Origin: Candidatus Heimdallarchaeota archaeon
Lineage (GTDB): Archaea; Asgardarchaeota; Heimdallarchaeia; Heimdallarchaeales; Heimdallarchaeaceae
DNA: 64,000 nucleotides
Direction: 5' to 3'
NCBI GenBank assembly: GCA_030603365.1
Contig: JAUVXV010000006.1
Coordinates: forward strand, 96,001-160,000
Part shown: in pieces, positions 1-10,350 of the stretch
Layout: every line of letters begins with the position of its first letter
Position numbering within the stretch: the stretch's first letter is position 1
Made by a program: the position numbers and the translations under genes
The notes under the pieces: generated by a model
What the model saw: only the letters and a program-made list of their open reading frames with translations
Told to the model about the DNA's origin: nothing
The model's database searches: none

Positions 1-360
1 AATATTGATGAATTTTTGAAGCTTCTTCTTTTCAGGAACAATTTTTGTAACAGTTTTTACATTTGAAGATCTTTGTGTTTGTGGAATTTGTTGTTCTAAT
101 TGTGATTTTTTCATTTCGTAATCACGAATTTCCTTTAGATTTCTTTCAACTTCTGGAAGTTCTTGTTTGGAAACAAATCTTCTAAAATTTACATCGTAGT
201 AATAATTCGCAATAGCAAATGTTGAAATTCTTTTGTCCACAAAACCCAACTCTTTCATTTTTTTGTCAAGAATTCGATGAACATGTCTTGGTGTAATCGG
301 TTGTTCTGTGTTACTCATTTTTTTGCATAGCTGTTCCATTAATTCCTTTTCTATGTACAT
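1..360 (-). CDS. Hypothetical protein, 5' part only (runs off window); last visible gene of the HTH operon
   Basis: Hand translation from ATG at 360: MYIEKELMEQLCKKMSNTEQPITPRHVHRILDKK... open to base 1; co-oriented just downstream of 392-751. Confidence 0.7.
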   Translation of the reverse strand, partial: MYIEKELMEQLCKKMSNTEQPITPRHVHRILDKKMKELGFVDKRISTFAIANYYYDVNFRRFVSKQELPEVERNLKEIRDYEMKKSQLEQQIPQTQRSSNVKTVTKIVPEKKKLQKFINI

Positions 361-391
361 ATTAAATCACTTAGCCTGCAATCACGTTTTT

Positions 392-751
392 CTATATAGA
401 TATACTAGATATAATTAATAAATCAATTAAGGAATCAATAGAAATTGGATATTTTTCCTTTCCTCTTAATATCCCAAATACAATTTTTTCTGCAACCATT
501 GCTTGAATATGTTCTGAGATTGTTGGTTTGCTCTTCTTCAGTATTTTTGAAATATCAGTATTATTATTTGACCCATTACATAAATCCCAAACAGCTTTTT
601 TTGCTTTACTTGAAGTTGTATTAGTAATTCTATCCGCAATATTTTTTCGGTAATCCATTAAAGAACTTAGCAATAATGCATTTGATATTTTCTCTAGATT
701 TTGAGAAAGAATTTCTAAAATTCTAGAAGTATGTTTCTCTGAATCATTCAA
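392..751 (-). CDS. Winged-helix (ArsR/MarR-like) DNA-binding protein
   Basis: VWDLCNGSNNNTDISKILKKSKPTISEHIQAM HTH pattern; overlaps 744-974. Confidence 0.65.
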   Translation of the reverse strand: MNDSEKHTSRILEILSQNLEKISNALLLSSLMDYRKNIADRITNTTSSKAKKAVWDLCNGSNNNTDISKILKKSKPTISEHIQAMVAEKIVFGILRGKEKYPISIDSLIDLLIISSISI

Positions 752-974
752 TTTCTTCTTCTCCTTTTACTTTGCTTTTGTCTGTCCTCATTCTGGATAT
801 AGTCATCCCTACTGCTGTTTTGGTAGTGTTTAAAATTACTGCTACATCAGTATTTGAAAATCCCATTGCATGTAGTAGCCATATTTTTTGTTTTTTATCT
901 TCTATATCTTTTATAGTAAAAATCGCAAATGTTTTAGCTAAAATGTTTAAACTCTCTGATAGCTCCTCATTCAT
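744..974 (-). CDS. Small HTH protein (sigma70 region 4/LuxR-like)
   Basis: LLHAMGFSNTDVAVILNTTKTAVGMTISRMR HTH. Confidence 0.65.
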   Translation of the reverse strand: MNEELSESLNILAKTFAIFTIKDIEDKKQKIWLLHAMGFSNTDVAVILNTTKTAVGMTISRMRTDKSKVKGEEEIE

Positions 975-1455
975 TCAAATCTTCTCCTTGTCTTTCATTT
1001 TGATAATCTTTCAATTCTAAATTTAGTTTTTCTAAAATATAGTTTAATCCTTCTGTGGTTAATACTATTTTTTCACTTTCAGTTGTTTCTATGTAATCTG
1101 TTCTGTCTCTTATTATGCCGCGTAATGAGCTCTGGCTTATATTATAGCTCCAAATTTCACTTCTGGATGTTTCAAAGGAGTGATTGTTAAATAATATTAA
1201 TAAAACTCTTTCCCATAATGCCCAGGTATTTTCATTATAGTGAATTATCAATTCTTGTGGCAATATAGAATATATTTGCGAAAACTTATCTCTTAACTCA
1301 AAAATAGAATTAATTCTATACAGAAAATCAGCCATTCTATAGAAATCTTCCTGTTCTTTACTTAATTCTTCAAAAGAATCAACTCCAATTTTGATTTCAG
1401 CTGATTTTGTATTAAAGCTAATACTTATTTTTTTTATTTCATTCTCTTCTCTCAC
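967..1455 (-). CDS. Hypothetical protein with probable C-terminal winged helix
   Basis: C-terminal ...IVLTTEGLNYI wing motif; overlaps the next gene. Confidence 0.5.
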   Translation of the reverse strand: MREENEIKKISISFNTKSAEIKIGVDSFEELSKEQEDFYRMADFLYRINSIFELRDKFSQIYSILPQELIIHYNENTWALWERVLLILFNNHSFETSRSEIWSYNISQSSLRGIIRDRTDYIETTESEKIVLTTEGLNYILEKLNLELKDYQNERQGEDLNE

Positions 1456-1689
1456 TTAATTCTCATCCCCTAAACTACTAAAATTGATTTTGTAATCAAT
1501 TCATCCTATAAAGATAATTCTTTATTTTATAAATTCACCTGAATCAATGGTAATTAGATATATCATTGAAATACTATTATGATAAGAGTAAGCAAGATCC
1601 TTTAATAAATGGAATCTTAAAGCATAAATACTAGACATCGATTTTAGATAAAGAAGAATCACTTAAAGGTATTTTCAAAATGAATTAAA

Positions 1690-1718
1690 ATGGTAATAAA
1701 TGTTTGAAATTATACTAT
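1690..1718 (+). promoter_or_regulatory. ATGGT-N19-ACCAT family site upstream of 1791-2402
   Basis: ATGGT-N19-ACTAT; TTTAAG at 1739. Confidence 0.5.
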
Positions 1719-1790
1719 TTTCTTTCAACTAAAGAAAATTTAAGAATGCTTTCTGTAGCTTTTGATTAAATTATTAATAATAAAGTATCA

Positions 1791-2402
1791 TTGAAGGTTG
1801 AAATTATGGATTTAATGCAATTGTTTAAAGGATTTATAAGAAATTATTCTACTTTAATGTTTCATAGAGAAGACAGAACATTGAAGAAATTCACAGAAAG
1901 AGAGCTAGGTTTTTTTGCAAAAGCTGGAGAAATGATGGGATATTACACTTTTCAAGAAGAAAAAGTAGAAATAAAAGGTAAAAAAAGACATGCTGATTTG
2001 GTATGGACCACATATAATCATGAGATAGAAGAATACTCTTTTCTGCTTCATTTGGAGCATGAAAATGATTTATCAGTAAAAGAAACTTTGGAACAAAAAC
2101 TATCAAATAGTCCTAATCTCATAGCAATTAACTGGTCTAAACCTGAAGATTATCCAACAAATATTTTATCAGCAAAAGATAAATTCAAAGAATCAGAAGA
2201 TATTAAAAGAATACTTCTCATTTTACAAACTAAGCTTAGTGAAGTGTTTCTATTGCATGCCATTGAGTTTACAAGAAAAAAGAGAGACATAGAACTCAGA
2301 GAATGTGATGCTCTAATAAAACAAGATGAAGCTGGTTTCTTCTATGGATTATTAAAAACAGAGATAGATACTTCTCAATGGGAAGAATTGATTTCTTTGT
2401 AG
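1791..2402 (+). CDS. PD-(D/E)xK restriction-endonuclease-fold protein
   Basis: E...HADLVW...LHLEHEND motif arrangement. Confidence 0.55.
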   Translation: MKVEIMDLMQLFKGFIRNYSTLMFHREDRTLKKFTERELGFFAKAGEMMGYYTFQEEKVEIKGKKRHADLVWTTYNHEIEEYSFLLHLEHENDLSVKETLEQKLSNSPNLIAINWSKPEDYPTNILSAKDKFKESEDIKRILLILQTKLSEVFLLHAIEFTRKKRDIELRECDALIKQDEAGFFYGLLKTEIDTSQWEELISL

Positions 2403-2403
2403 G

Positions 2404-2726
2404 TTATGGATAAGATCTCAAGTTTTTATATAGCATCCATAAATCTTTTTCTGGCTCATAGTCACTCATTTTCCCGAATAAAGAATATTTTCTGTTGATA
2501 ACATTCCTAGATGTATCAGACATCTTTTGAACGTGAAAACTGTTGAATGAGTTATTGTTTCTCTTAAAACTCTCACTTCTTCACAGATACTCTTTTCGTC
2601 CACCTTCTGATACATTCTCAATACTTCTTCTTTCTTATTCTTTTGACAGAAGAGATTTATGAACAGATTTGGTTTATCTTTACTATTTCTTCTACTAACT
2701 CCTTAAAACTCATCTCTTTCCTTTCC
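2404..2726 (-). pseudogene. Degenerate copy of the 3' end of 6684-7844
   Basis: DNA closely matches 6740-6985 and 4285-4555 with indels; own tail YEPEKDLWMLYKNLRSYP*. Confidence 0.8.
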
Positions 2727-3067
2727 AATAGGATTCCTTTTTTAGGAGGTTGTATTCTTCTAACTTTGAATAAAATGTACCTGAATAAACCATTTTCTTT
2801 CCTGAAATCATTAATATCCTAATCCTATCTATGAATCTAATGATTTTTTCCTTGGTTCCTATGTGATGCTTAATCCTCTTGGTCGTTTCTTTAAGAACTC
2901 TAATGGTTTCATTGAAACAGTCGATCTATTCTAGAAGTAGACCCTTTAGAAGCTCTAGAAGAAGTTGATTGGGGTAGAGAAAAATGCCTAAGTAGAGGAG
3001 GGATTTATGATTGGTAAAAGAAATTGAGTTCTTAGTTCTTTTAGATTAATTTCTTGTTCCTAGTTTT

Positions 3068-3466
3068 CTAACTCAAGAGTATTTTTGTTATTATTTTATA
3101 AATAAATTGGATAGTTCGATATGGGAAATTACTATAAGTTTTATTTTCGAAATTATCTCCTGTTACTTCTTTAGAAATTTTTACACCAAAGGTTGTTACT
3201 TCCCATAATACTTTGTGTACTTCCATTTCCAATTGCTGGATATCTTGAAAATATTCATTAATCCTCTCCTGTAAAGATGGAGCTTTGAAGGAAACTCCAA
3301 TGATTATAGGAGTTTGTTGCAGATGAGGTATTCTCTTTTGTAAGAAGCTGTTCCATCTGTACTTAAAGAAATCAAGTCTTTCAAAACACAATTCTGAATT
3401 TCTTATTTCTTTCAATTCTCTTCTGAATATCATTATCATATTTATTATCTTTTTTTTATTGTTCAT
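3068..3466 (-). CDS. Hypothetical protein
   Basis: 132-aa ORF, no motif recognised. Confidence 0.4.
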   Translation of the reverse strand: MNNKKKIINMIMIFRRELKEIRNSELCFERLDFFKYRWNSFLQKRIPHLQQTPIIIGVSFKAPSLQERINEYFQDIQQLEMEVHKVLWEVTTFGVKISKEVTGDNFENKTYSNFPYRTIQFIYKIITKILLS

Positions 3467-3611
3467 GTGTTCTCAGTAAACTTATAGATAAAAAAGCATA
3501 TAAGGAAATGAATCTTTTTGAATTTCTTAATTAGACATCAAGAAAAGGTCAAAAATGGCAAACTAGAATATCATAAATGTTGAAATATAACTATGTGTGT
3601 AGTTAGAATGG

Positions 3612-4013
3612 GTGTTAAGATTGCCAAGGATAAAGAAAGAAAAGCAAAAAAGAATTATTAATAGTTTTAGAAGATATCTTAAAGGTTATGTGAATTTGGA
3701 TTTTACTCATATAAATGAAGAAATTTCTAAAATAAAACTTAAGTTACATATACCTGGATCGAAAATGATTCTTTGCTTAAGATGTGGAGAGATTGGTACT
3801 GATAAACAGATGTTATTAAAACTCGCAAATAATCATTTCCATCTTTGTAAAGAAAGAGACACAATAATTAATGTTCCATGTTCTATATATGTAAGAACTT
3901 CATTTTTAAGGATTGAAAAAGTTTTAACAAACAAAATTAAGTCAGACGAATATCATTTATTAAAACATGAAAATTTGGATGATGATACTGAAATCTGCGT
4001 ATCACATGAATAA
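3612..4013 (+). CDS. Hypothetical protein with putative Zn-binding motif
   Basis: CLRC...HFHLC...C. Confidence 0.45.
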   Translation: MLRLPRIKKEKQKRIINSFRRYLKGYVNLDFTHINEEISKIKLKLHIPGSKMILCLRCGEIGTDKQMLLKLANNHFHLCKERDTIINVPCSIYVRTSFLRIEKVLTNKIKSDEYHLLKHENLDDDTEICVSHE

Positions 4014-4243
4014 ATAGTTGTGTGAAAAAGAATGAAAATCAAGGAATCATTCAAATAGTTACAAACTAGAAGCGGTGTACAGCTTGATTTTTTTTAGTGA
4101 ATAAATCCATAACTAAGCTTTTGATTTTTTATCATTAACCTCCTTTGAGAAAATTAACTAAGTTTGTATTATTTCTATAACCATTCTTTCTAACTAATTT
4201 TTCGTGTTTGTCATCATTTCTAAAACAACAATTTCTGTTTTGA

Positions 4244-4715
4244 TTACAATGAAGTTTCTAGAAACCATAAATCCTCTTCTAGATCATAGTCACTCATTTT
4301 TCCTGAATGTAGAATATTTTTTGTTGATAATATTCCTAGATGTATCAGATGTTTCTTAAATGTAAAAACTGTTGAATGAGTTATTTTTTCTCTTAAAACT
4401 CTCTCTTCCTCATAGATACTCTTTTCTTCACCCTTTTGATACATTCTCAATACTTCTTCTTTCTTGTTCTTTTGACAGAAAAGATTTATGAACAGATTTG
4501 GTTTATTCTTTACTATTTCTTCTACTAACTCCTTAAAACTCATCTCTTTCCTTTTCTGCTTTTCAAACACTTTCAGTAATTCCATAAACAGCTCATTTTT
4601 GTTATACAATAATTTCAACGTTATAGCTATCTCTGGATACTCTGTCATCAGTGATACTCCCTTCTTTCTACTCATTTCTTTCTTTATCGCTTCCAATTCC
4701 TCTAAACTATCTAAT
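4244..4715 (-). pseudogene. 5'-truncated copy of the C-terminal part of 6684-7844
   Basis: Translation near-identical to residues ~235-386 of the 386-aa protein; nuclease domain absent; different terminal residues. Confidence 0.85.
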
Positions 4716-4840
4716 CCTCTAACTGTAAAGTATTCCTTATAATCTAATATGATATACCCTATAGAATTTGATAGAATCATTGAGTATGTTTAGAAAAATT
4801 AATAATGAGTTTTTAATATATATATTGTAGGTTATTAGAA

Positions 4841-5743
4841 ATGTTTACCAAGAAACAGGTTGATATTGTTAGAAGATTGGAGAATTTTTCGCAGATCTAT
4901 GCTCACTATGCTCTTGAAGGTGAAAAACCAAAAAAAGAGCAATTTGAAGAAGATAATAACTATTTAGCTTTGCTTTTATTTATTAAATATGCTTATGAAA
5001 GGAATATTGATCTTACAAATTATAGAACTTGTGCCTTGGATACATTAGAACAATATAGGAAGAAAATTAACTGGACAAAATCTCTCTATCATAAAGCTGT
5101 GGAAGATATCTGGAAAACTTACCAAGAGATTGCAAAGAAAAAGTATGAAGGATTGAAAGTTAATGAAAAAAATAATCCAATGAATTCTAAAGAAGGGGTA
5201 CTAAATCGTCTCTCAGAAGAATCTATCATAAATTTAACAAAATATGCAAGAAAAAAATTAATTGAACAAAATACTCAAGAAATATATGATTTCATCTGTA
5301 GTATAAGAGGTGTTAAATATAAAATTGCTTCTTTCTATTTACGGGATCTAGCATTTTTCCTTGAAATAGATGAAAATCAAATCAAAGATCTTTACCTCTT
5401 GCAACCTATTGATATATGGTTAGAGAGGGTAGGTAAAATACTTTTTAAGGAATGGAAACCAATTTCATATTCAAAAAAAGTAATTGTTGAAAAACAAAAA
5501 AAAATACTTACTCTTTGTAAACAAGCTGAGGTTTCATCTATTTCTTTCAATCAGGGCACTTGGGAATTTGGAGCAAGAATAGCCAAATCTGAAAGGAAAT
5601 TCGAAAAAGCTCTCAATAATGAAGATTATATGGAAGATCTAGTCAAATATCGAAAGGATGAACTAAGGGACGAAATAACAAGATATGAAGAATGGATGAA
5701 AGATAATGAGAATTATTTAAATTTACTTCAAAAACGAAATTGA
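4841..5743 (+). CDS. HhH-GPD superfamily DNA glycosylase-like protein
   Basis: HhH motif ICSIRGVKYKIASFYLRD followed by QPIDIW (catalytic Asp position). Confidence 0.6.
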   Translation: MFTKKQVDIVRRLENFSQIYAHYALEGEKPKKEQFEEDNNYLALLLFIKYAYERNIDLTNYRTCALDTLEQYRKKINWTKSLYHKAVEDIWKTYQEIAKKKYEGLKVNEKNNPMNSKEGVLNRLSEESIINLTKYARKKLIEQNTQEIYDFICSIRGVKYKIASFYLRDLAFFLEIDENQIKDLYLLQPIDIWLERVGKILFKEWKPISYSKKVIVEKQKKILTLCKQAEVSSISFNQGTWEFGARIAKSERKFEKALNNEDYMEDLVKYRKDELRDEITRYEEWMKDNENYLNLLQKRN

Positions 5744-5807
5744 TTACAAATATCTATGAAACAATATGAAGAAAGTGAATGAGCTCTTCAATGTACCGAT
5801 AAATAAT

Positions 5808-6060
5808 TATCTTACAGTTAATTCTGGATTTTCTTCTGTTTTTCCCTGATTTTTCCAATAGTTTAAGCTCTGGATTGGAATGACATAGTTTATACAGATA
5901 TATTCAACCAATTTTTATAAACGAGAAAATTCATACCACAATAAACACATTCTAAGCCATACTACCTAAAAACAGGTATGCCATAATCTTTTCTTGAAGA
6001 ACCTTTGTAGATAATTTCACCTTATAGTCTTTTTCCTTCATATTTATCAAATGGATTCAT
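5808..6060 (-). pseudogene. Decayed HNH-nuclease-like gene
   Basis: MNPFDKYEGKRL*GEIIYKGSSRKDYGIPVFR*YGLECVYCGMNFLVYKNWLNISV then shifted YVIP; resembles the CxxC...W..LSVDHVIP HNH N-terminus; internal stops. Confidence 0.45.
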
Positions 6061-6077
6061 ATCAAAACCATCTTACA

Positions 6078-6665
6078 TCACTCTTTTAATCTTAAATCCT
6101 CTTGTTCCAATTCTTTGTCTTTGAGTAAATCAATTACTCTTATTTTTTCCCCTAAATATCTTTTCCATCCTACGGCTTCTTTAACGAGTTTTGAATGTTC
6201 TTCTTTTTCTATTACACAAGCAATAACAATCTCAAGCGAAGAAATAACATGTCTACTGTCAGTTGGATTTTTAATAATCTCATTTATTATCTTCTTTTTC
6301 TCATAAACATGTTCGTGTCTTAACCTCTGATATAATTCCTTCCCTCTTTTCCCTTCTTCTAAATTCGTTAAATAGCATTCAATTGCTTCAGTTGTCCAAT
6401 ACCTTTGACCTGAATACTTAGTATCTTTTCTAGGACCAGGAGATTCTGTTATTTTCCATATCCACGTGTCAATTATATCATCTATAACCCAATCAATAAT
6501 AATATCTTGAGGTATATTCTTAGCAAGATAGACTATATTTTTAGTTGCTAAGTCAGTAATAAAACACTTCTTAGCTAAATACTCTTCGTATATTTCTTTT
6601 GTTTTATTAAATAATATTTCTTCCTTCTCATTTCTAATTAGATATTGCTTCATTTTAAGACACAC
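6078..6665 (-). CDS. Hypothetical protein, possible HNH-like nuclease (HEH motif)
   Basis: LRHEHVY...ACVIEKEEH...GWKRY. Confidence 0.4.
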   Translation of the reverse strand: MCLKMKQYLIRNEKEEILFNKTKEIYEEYLAKKCFITDLATKNIVYLAKNIPQDIIIDWVIDDIIDTWIWKITESPGPRKDTKYSGQRYWTTEAIECYLTNLEEGKRGKELYQRLRHEHVYEKKKIINEIIKNPTDSRHVISSLEIVIACVIEKEEHSKLVKEAVGWKRYLGEKIRVIDLLKDKELEQEDLRLKE

Positions 6666-6683
6666 TCTTTATTACTTATTTAC

Positions 6684-7844
6684 TTAAGATAAAATCCACG
6701 AATCTTCATCAGACTTATATTCGATTAGTTTTCCAGAATATATTGTGTTCTCTGTCGATAATATGCCTAGATGTATCAGATGTTTCTTGAACGTGAAAAC
6801 GGTCGAATGAGTTATTTTTTCTCTTAAAACTCTCTCTTCTTCATAGATACTCTTCTCTTCGCCCTTCTGATACATTAGCAGCACTTCTTCTTTCTTATTC
6901 TTTGGACAGAAGAGGCTTATGAACATATTTGGTTTATTCTTTACTATTTCTTCTACTAACTCCTTAAAGCTCATCTCTCTCCTTTTCTGCTTTTCAAATA
7001 CTTTCAGTAATTCCATAAACAGCTCATTTTTGTTATATAGCATTTTCAACGTTATCGCTATTTCTGGATACTCTGTCATCAACGATACTCCCTTCTTTCT
7101 ACTCGTCTCTTTCTTTATCTCTTCTAACTTCTCTAAACTATCTATCTCTTCTAATTGCATGATTTTCTTTAAAACGAACCCTTCATCTGTTATCCTTACC
7201 TCTCCCCCTTGTTCCTTTATCAAACCTATTATTATTGCACCTCTAACTAACTCTGAAGTGTTTTGAATATTGTAATCCTGAAGTTTCTCTTCTACTGTTC
7301 TTTTTTCAACCCAATTCGAATCTATGAACAGTATAGGAGCTAGATAGTTTACTATGTGATTTCTTGTTAAATCTGTTAATCTTTTCTGGGAAGAGACCAT
7401 ATCTTTGCTTAGAATGAATAACTCTCTTCTTGTATCATCTATAAAATGAGCTCTAAATTGTTCTATTGGATCTATCTTCCTTACTTCTTTTTCTGAAACC
7501 AATATTGAACCTATATTCCCTTGTTTTAAAGCTACATCAAATCTAGTCAAAGATTCTTTTTCAGCTGCTAGATAGACGACATTTGAACCCTCTTTGTATG
7601 TTAAAGCTTGTCCTATACCTTTCTGAATATCCTTTGTTCCTTTAGCTTCAATAGCGATTATATCTTCAAACTGATTGAAACCTATCAAATCAGGAATAAA
7701 TCCTTTAATTGTTATATTATGTCTAGGATAGTCTTTAGGATGAAGTTTTGCATAAGCTGGGTGGTTATCTATCCATAACTGATAGTTTGATTCTTCAAAT
7801 AAGAAATCGAATGTTCGTTTAACTACTTCTACTTCTTCCATCAC
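6684..7844 (-). CDS. PD-(D/E)xK nuclease with C-terminal winged-helix region (restriction-like)
   Basis: IPDLIG...IAIEAKG...GIGQALTY; GLIKEQGGEVRITDEG wing. Confidence 0.75.
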   Translation of the reverse strand: MMEEVEVVKRTFDFLFEESNYQLWIDNHPAYAKLHPKDYPRHNITIKGFIPDLIGFNQFEDIIAIEAKGTKDIQKGIGQALTYKEGSNVVYLAAEKESLTRFDVALKQGNIGSILVSEKEVRKIDPIEQFRAHFIDDTRRELFILSKDMVSSQKRLTDLTRNHIVNYLAPILFIDSNWVEKRTVEEKLQDYNIQNTSELVRGAIIIGLIKEQGGEVRITDEGFVLKKIMQLEEIDSLEKLEEIKKETSRKKGVSLMTEYPEIAITLKMLYNKNELFMELLKVFEKQKRREMSFKELVEEIVKNKPNMFISLFCPKNKKEEVLLMYQKGEEKSIYEEERVLREKITHSTVFTFKKHLIHLGILSTENTIYSGKLIEYKSDEDSWILS

Positions 7845-7891
7845 GAATGATAAAAGCAGGCTAATATAAATAATTCTGAAATTGATTGAGA

Positions 7892-7920
7892 ATGGTAATT
7901 TCTTTCATGAAAATTACAAT
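7892..7920 (-). promoter_or_regulatory. ATGGT-N19-ACCAT family site upstream of 6684-7844
   Basis: ATGGT-N19-ACAAT on +; TTTATA on - at 7870-7865. Confidence 0.6.
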
Positions 7921-8078
7921 TTTTATTAAAAATTAAATAGTTTAAATAATTGTTATGAATCACACACTCGTGACTCAGGAAAATTTGTTTCAAGAAGTAA
8001 TTTATAAAATAAAACCTTCAGAAGCTGAAAGAGAAAAAACCAGAGGTCACGCAACTTAAAGATAATGGAGATTATATC

Positions 8079-8957
8079 ATGCAAAATGGACCGAAATGGG
8101 ATCATTACAATATTAGTATTGATTCTAATACAAAAACGAAGAGAATTTCTAGTAGAAAAGAGAAGATTTTAGGATTAGAATTTTTTAGAAGTGATTTAGA
8201 AGAGATTCAAGATTTGAAATTATTACAACATGGTGGAATTTATCTATTAATAAATGTTGATTTTTCAAGTGAAACTAAATACCAGATGTATATAGGTGAA
8301 TGCAGTAGTCTTATGAAAAGAATAAAACAGCATAACTCAAATAAGGCTTTCTGGAATAGAGGGCTTATTTTTACAAAAGATGATGATACCTTAGACAGAG
8401 GTGAAAATAGATATCTTGAAACAAAATTATTTGAATTTCTGAATGAACTTGATAGATTTCAATTTGTGAATAAAATAGATCCTAGTGAAGAACCTAAAGA
8501 TTCGATCATACGCGAGATTTGTGACAGTTATTTAGAAAGTATTGAGGTAATTCTACATTTGTTCAACTATATTGAACCTGCTGATTTTGAAGACACGGAA
8601 AGCAAAACTAATCAAAATGAGAATTACATAGAAATCCAACTAGGTGCTTCCAAAAGTGGAAAAACTCCTAGATGGAAAAGGTATAACTTAATTCCTTTAA
8701 ATACAGAAATAAGAAAATTCTTTCCGAAATATAAAGAGGATTTCATATTTGAAACAGATATTGGAGAGATTTCCTCTTATGTTACAAGTAGATCAGGTAA
8801 ATCAGATTATGACCCTGAAGTTGAAGGAAAATACATTGCAAAAGGAATATTCGAATGGTATAGGGAACATGAAGAATTAGAACCAGGAGATTTCTTAATT
8901 ATCAAGGAATTAATACCAAAAAAACGCTACCACTTGAGTTGTAGAAAGAACAAATAA
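8079..8957 (+). CDS. GIY-YIG nuclease with probable C-terminal B3/EcoRII-N-like DNA-binding domain
   Basis: GIYLL...MYIGE...RIKQH...FW...YLE...N; C-terminal FFP...EWYREH.ELEPGDFLII. Confidence 0.8.
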   Translation: MQNGPKWDHYNISIDSNTKTKRISSRKEKILGLEFFRSDLEEIQDLKLLQHGGIYLLINVDFSSETKYQMYIGECSSLMKRIKQHNSNKAFWNRGLIFTKDDDTLDRGENRYLETKLFEFLNELDRFQFVNKIDPSEEPKDSIIREICDSYLESIEVILHLFNYIEPADFEDTESKTNQNENYIEIQLGASKSGKTPRWKRYNLIPLNTEIRKFFPKYKEDFIFETDIGEISSYVTSRSGKSDYDPEVEGKYIAKGIFEWYREHEELEPGDFLIIKELIPKKRYHLSCRKNK

Positions 8958-9067
8958 TACATTGAGTTAAGAAAAACATATTATGCAAGATAATTTTCAA
9001 TTAATGTCATGATCTTGCATATCTGGATTTCCCTTTATATGAGCTGAAGAACAAAAGAGATGATATT

Positions 9068-9781
9068 ATGGATTTCTCAAAGATATTTAATGACCGTAAA
9101 GATGTAGAATACCTTTATGATTTAGAAGAATTATATATTCTTGCTCTTAAAATATTCAAGCAGTACGAAAATGAATTTTCGAAACCAGTATGTATTATTA
9201 TTAAAGCCAAAGAATCTCAGTTATTTAAACTCAGTAGAATGATACATTCACTTTTTCTTATCAAGAAACAAATTAGTTTAGAAACTTTACTTCCTGTCGA
9301 TTCTATTGGTTCTCTTTCTAATTTTTCTATTGCTGATGAAGAAGGAAAATATGATTATTTGCTCTGTAACATTTCGATTATGTTAGATATTATTTTACTA
9401 GTTGAACTTTCTAAAGACATTCTTCAAGTAGTTATAGAAGCTATGTTGAAGAAACTGTATGAGAAGAATTGCTCAATAATAAATTATGTAACAACTGAAA
9501 GCGAATTAGAGGATAAATTAAGATTCTTTAGAAAAACTGGTTATCAAGTAGAAATTTTTGATACAAATGAAATCAAGGAATATACCAGGGATAAGTACCA
9601 GTCAATTTTACAAGATTTACAGTTTACTCTTACTATACTTACATGGAGAGAAATGATTGAAAACAGTGAAAATCCTAACTACATCAAGGAAATAGCAATG
9701 AAAAGTATAAACATCTTAGACTTAGGATTTACTCTGGAGCAGATAAATTTTGACGAACTATTAGAAAGCAATAAAATCTAG
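9068..9781 (+). CDS. Hypothetical protein
   Basis: 237-aa ORF. Confidence 0.55.
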   Translation: MDFSKIFNDRKDVEYLYDLEELYILALKIFKQYENEFSKPVCIIIKAKESQLFKLSRMIHSLFLIKKQISLETLLPVDSIGSLSNFSIADEEGKYDYLLCNISIMLDIILLVELSKDILQVVIEAMLKKLYEKNCSIINYVTTESELEDKLRFFRKTGYQVEIFDTNEIKEYTRDKYQSILQDLQFTLTILTWREMIENSENPNYIKEIAMKSINILDLGFTLEQINFDELLESNKI

Positions 9782-9821
9782 GAATATTGTAAGAAACGTA
9801 AGAAATTTGCTTTTTTTCGTT

Positions 9822-10262
9822 TCAAAATCGAATACAAAAACTGTTGAATGAGATATCATCCCCTATCCTCTGATCATAGTAACCATAATGCTTACATCTA
9901 TCTACTAGTTCATACTGTATCATTCTGTTCCTATTTGGGAAAGCTTGAACAGCTTCAAGGAAAGGTCTGAGTAATAATCCTCTCTCCATCATCTCATCTA
10001 TGAACTCATTTGCTACATATACTAAAGATTCTGAAGGATTCTGATAGTCTCCTTTGATAAGTATCTTTGATTGCTCCTGGTTCTTCTCTTCTAATAGTCC
10101 AAAATGGTCTAGTATTCCTACCATTCCCTTAATATCTGCTTTCTGTCTTTTGTGACCTAGTTTGAGTAATTTTTGAGATATCAACTCTGTTTCAGAACTT
10201 TGTTCTTTCAGTATTATTTCTAATACTTTGTGTGAGGAAGTTCGATGAATGAAATTGACCAT
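9822..10262 (-). CDS. Hypothetical winged-helix-like protein, possibly truncated
   Basis: GMVGILDHFGLLEE wHTH-like segment; abrupt end. Confidence 0.4.
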   Translation of the reverse strand: MVNFIHRTSSHKVLEIILKEQSSETELISQKLLKLGHKRQKADIKGMVGILDHFGLLEEKNQEQSKILIKGDYQNPSESLVYVANEFIDEMMERGLLLRPFLEAVQAFPNRNRMIQYELVDRCKHYGYYDQRIGDDISFNSFCIRF

Positions 10263-10350
10263 ATAGCTTTACTTTCACTGTGTAACTTATAATTATGTTT
10301 TGCAAAAAGATAAATAGTATAGCAATAAATTTCTCTGGTTGGTGTTATAA

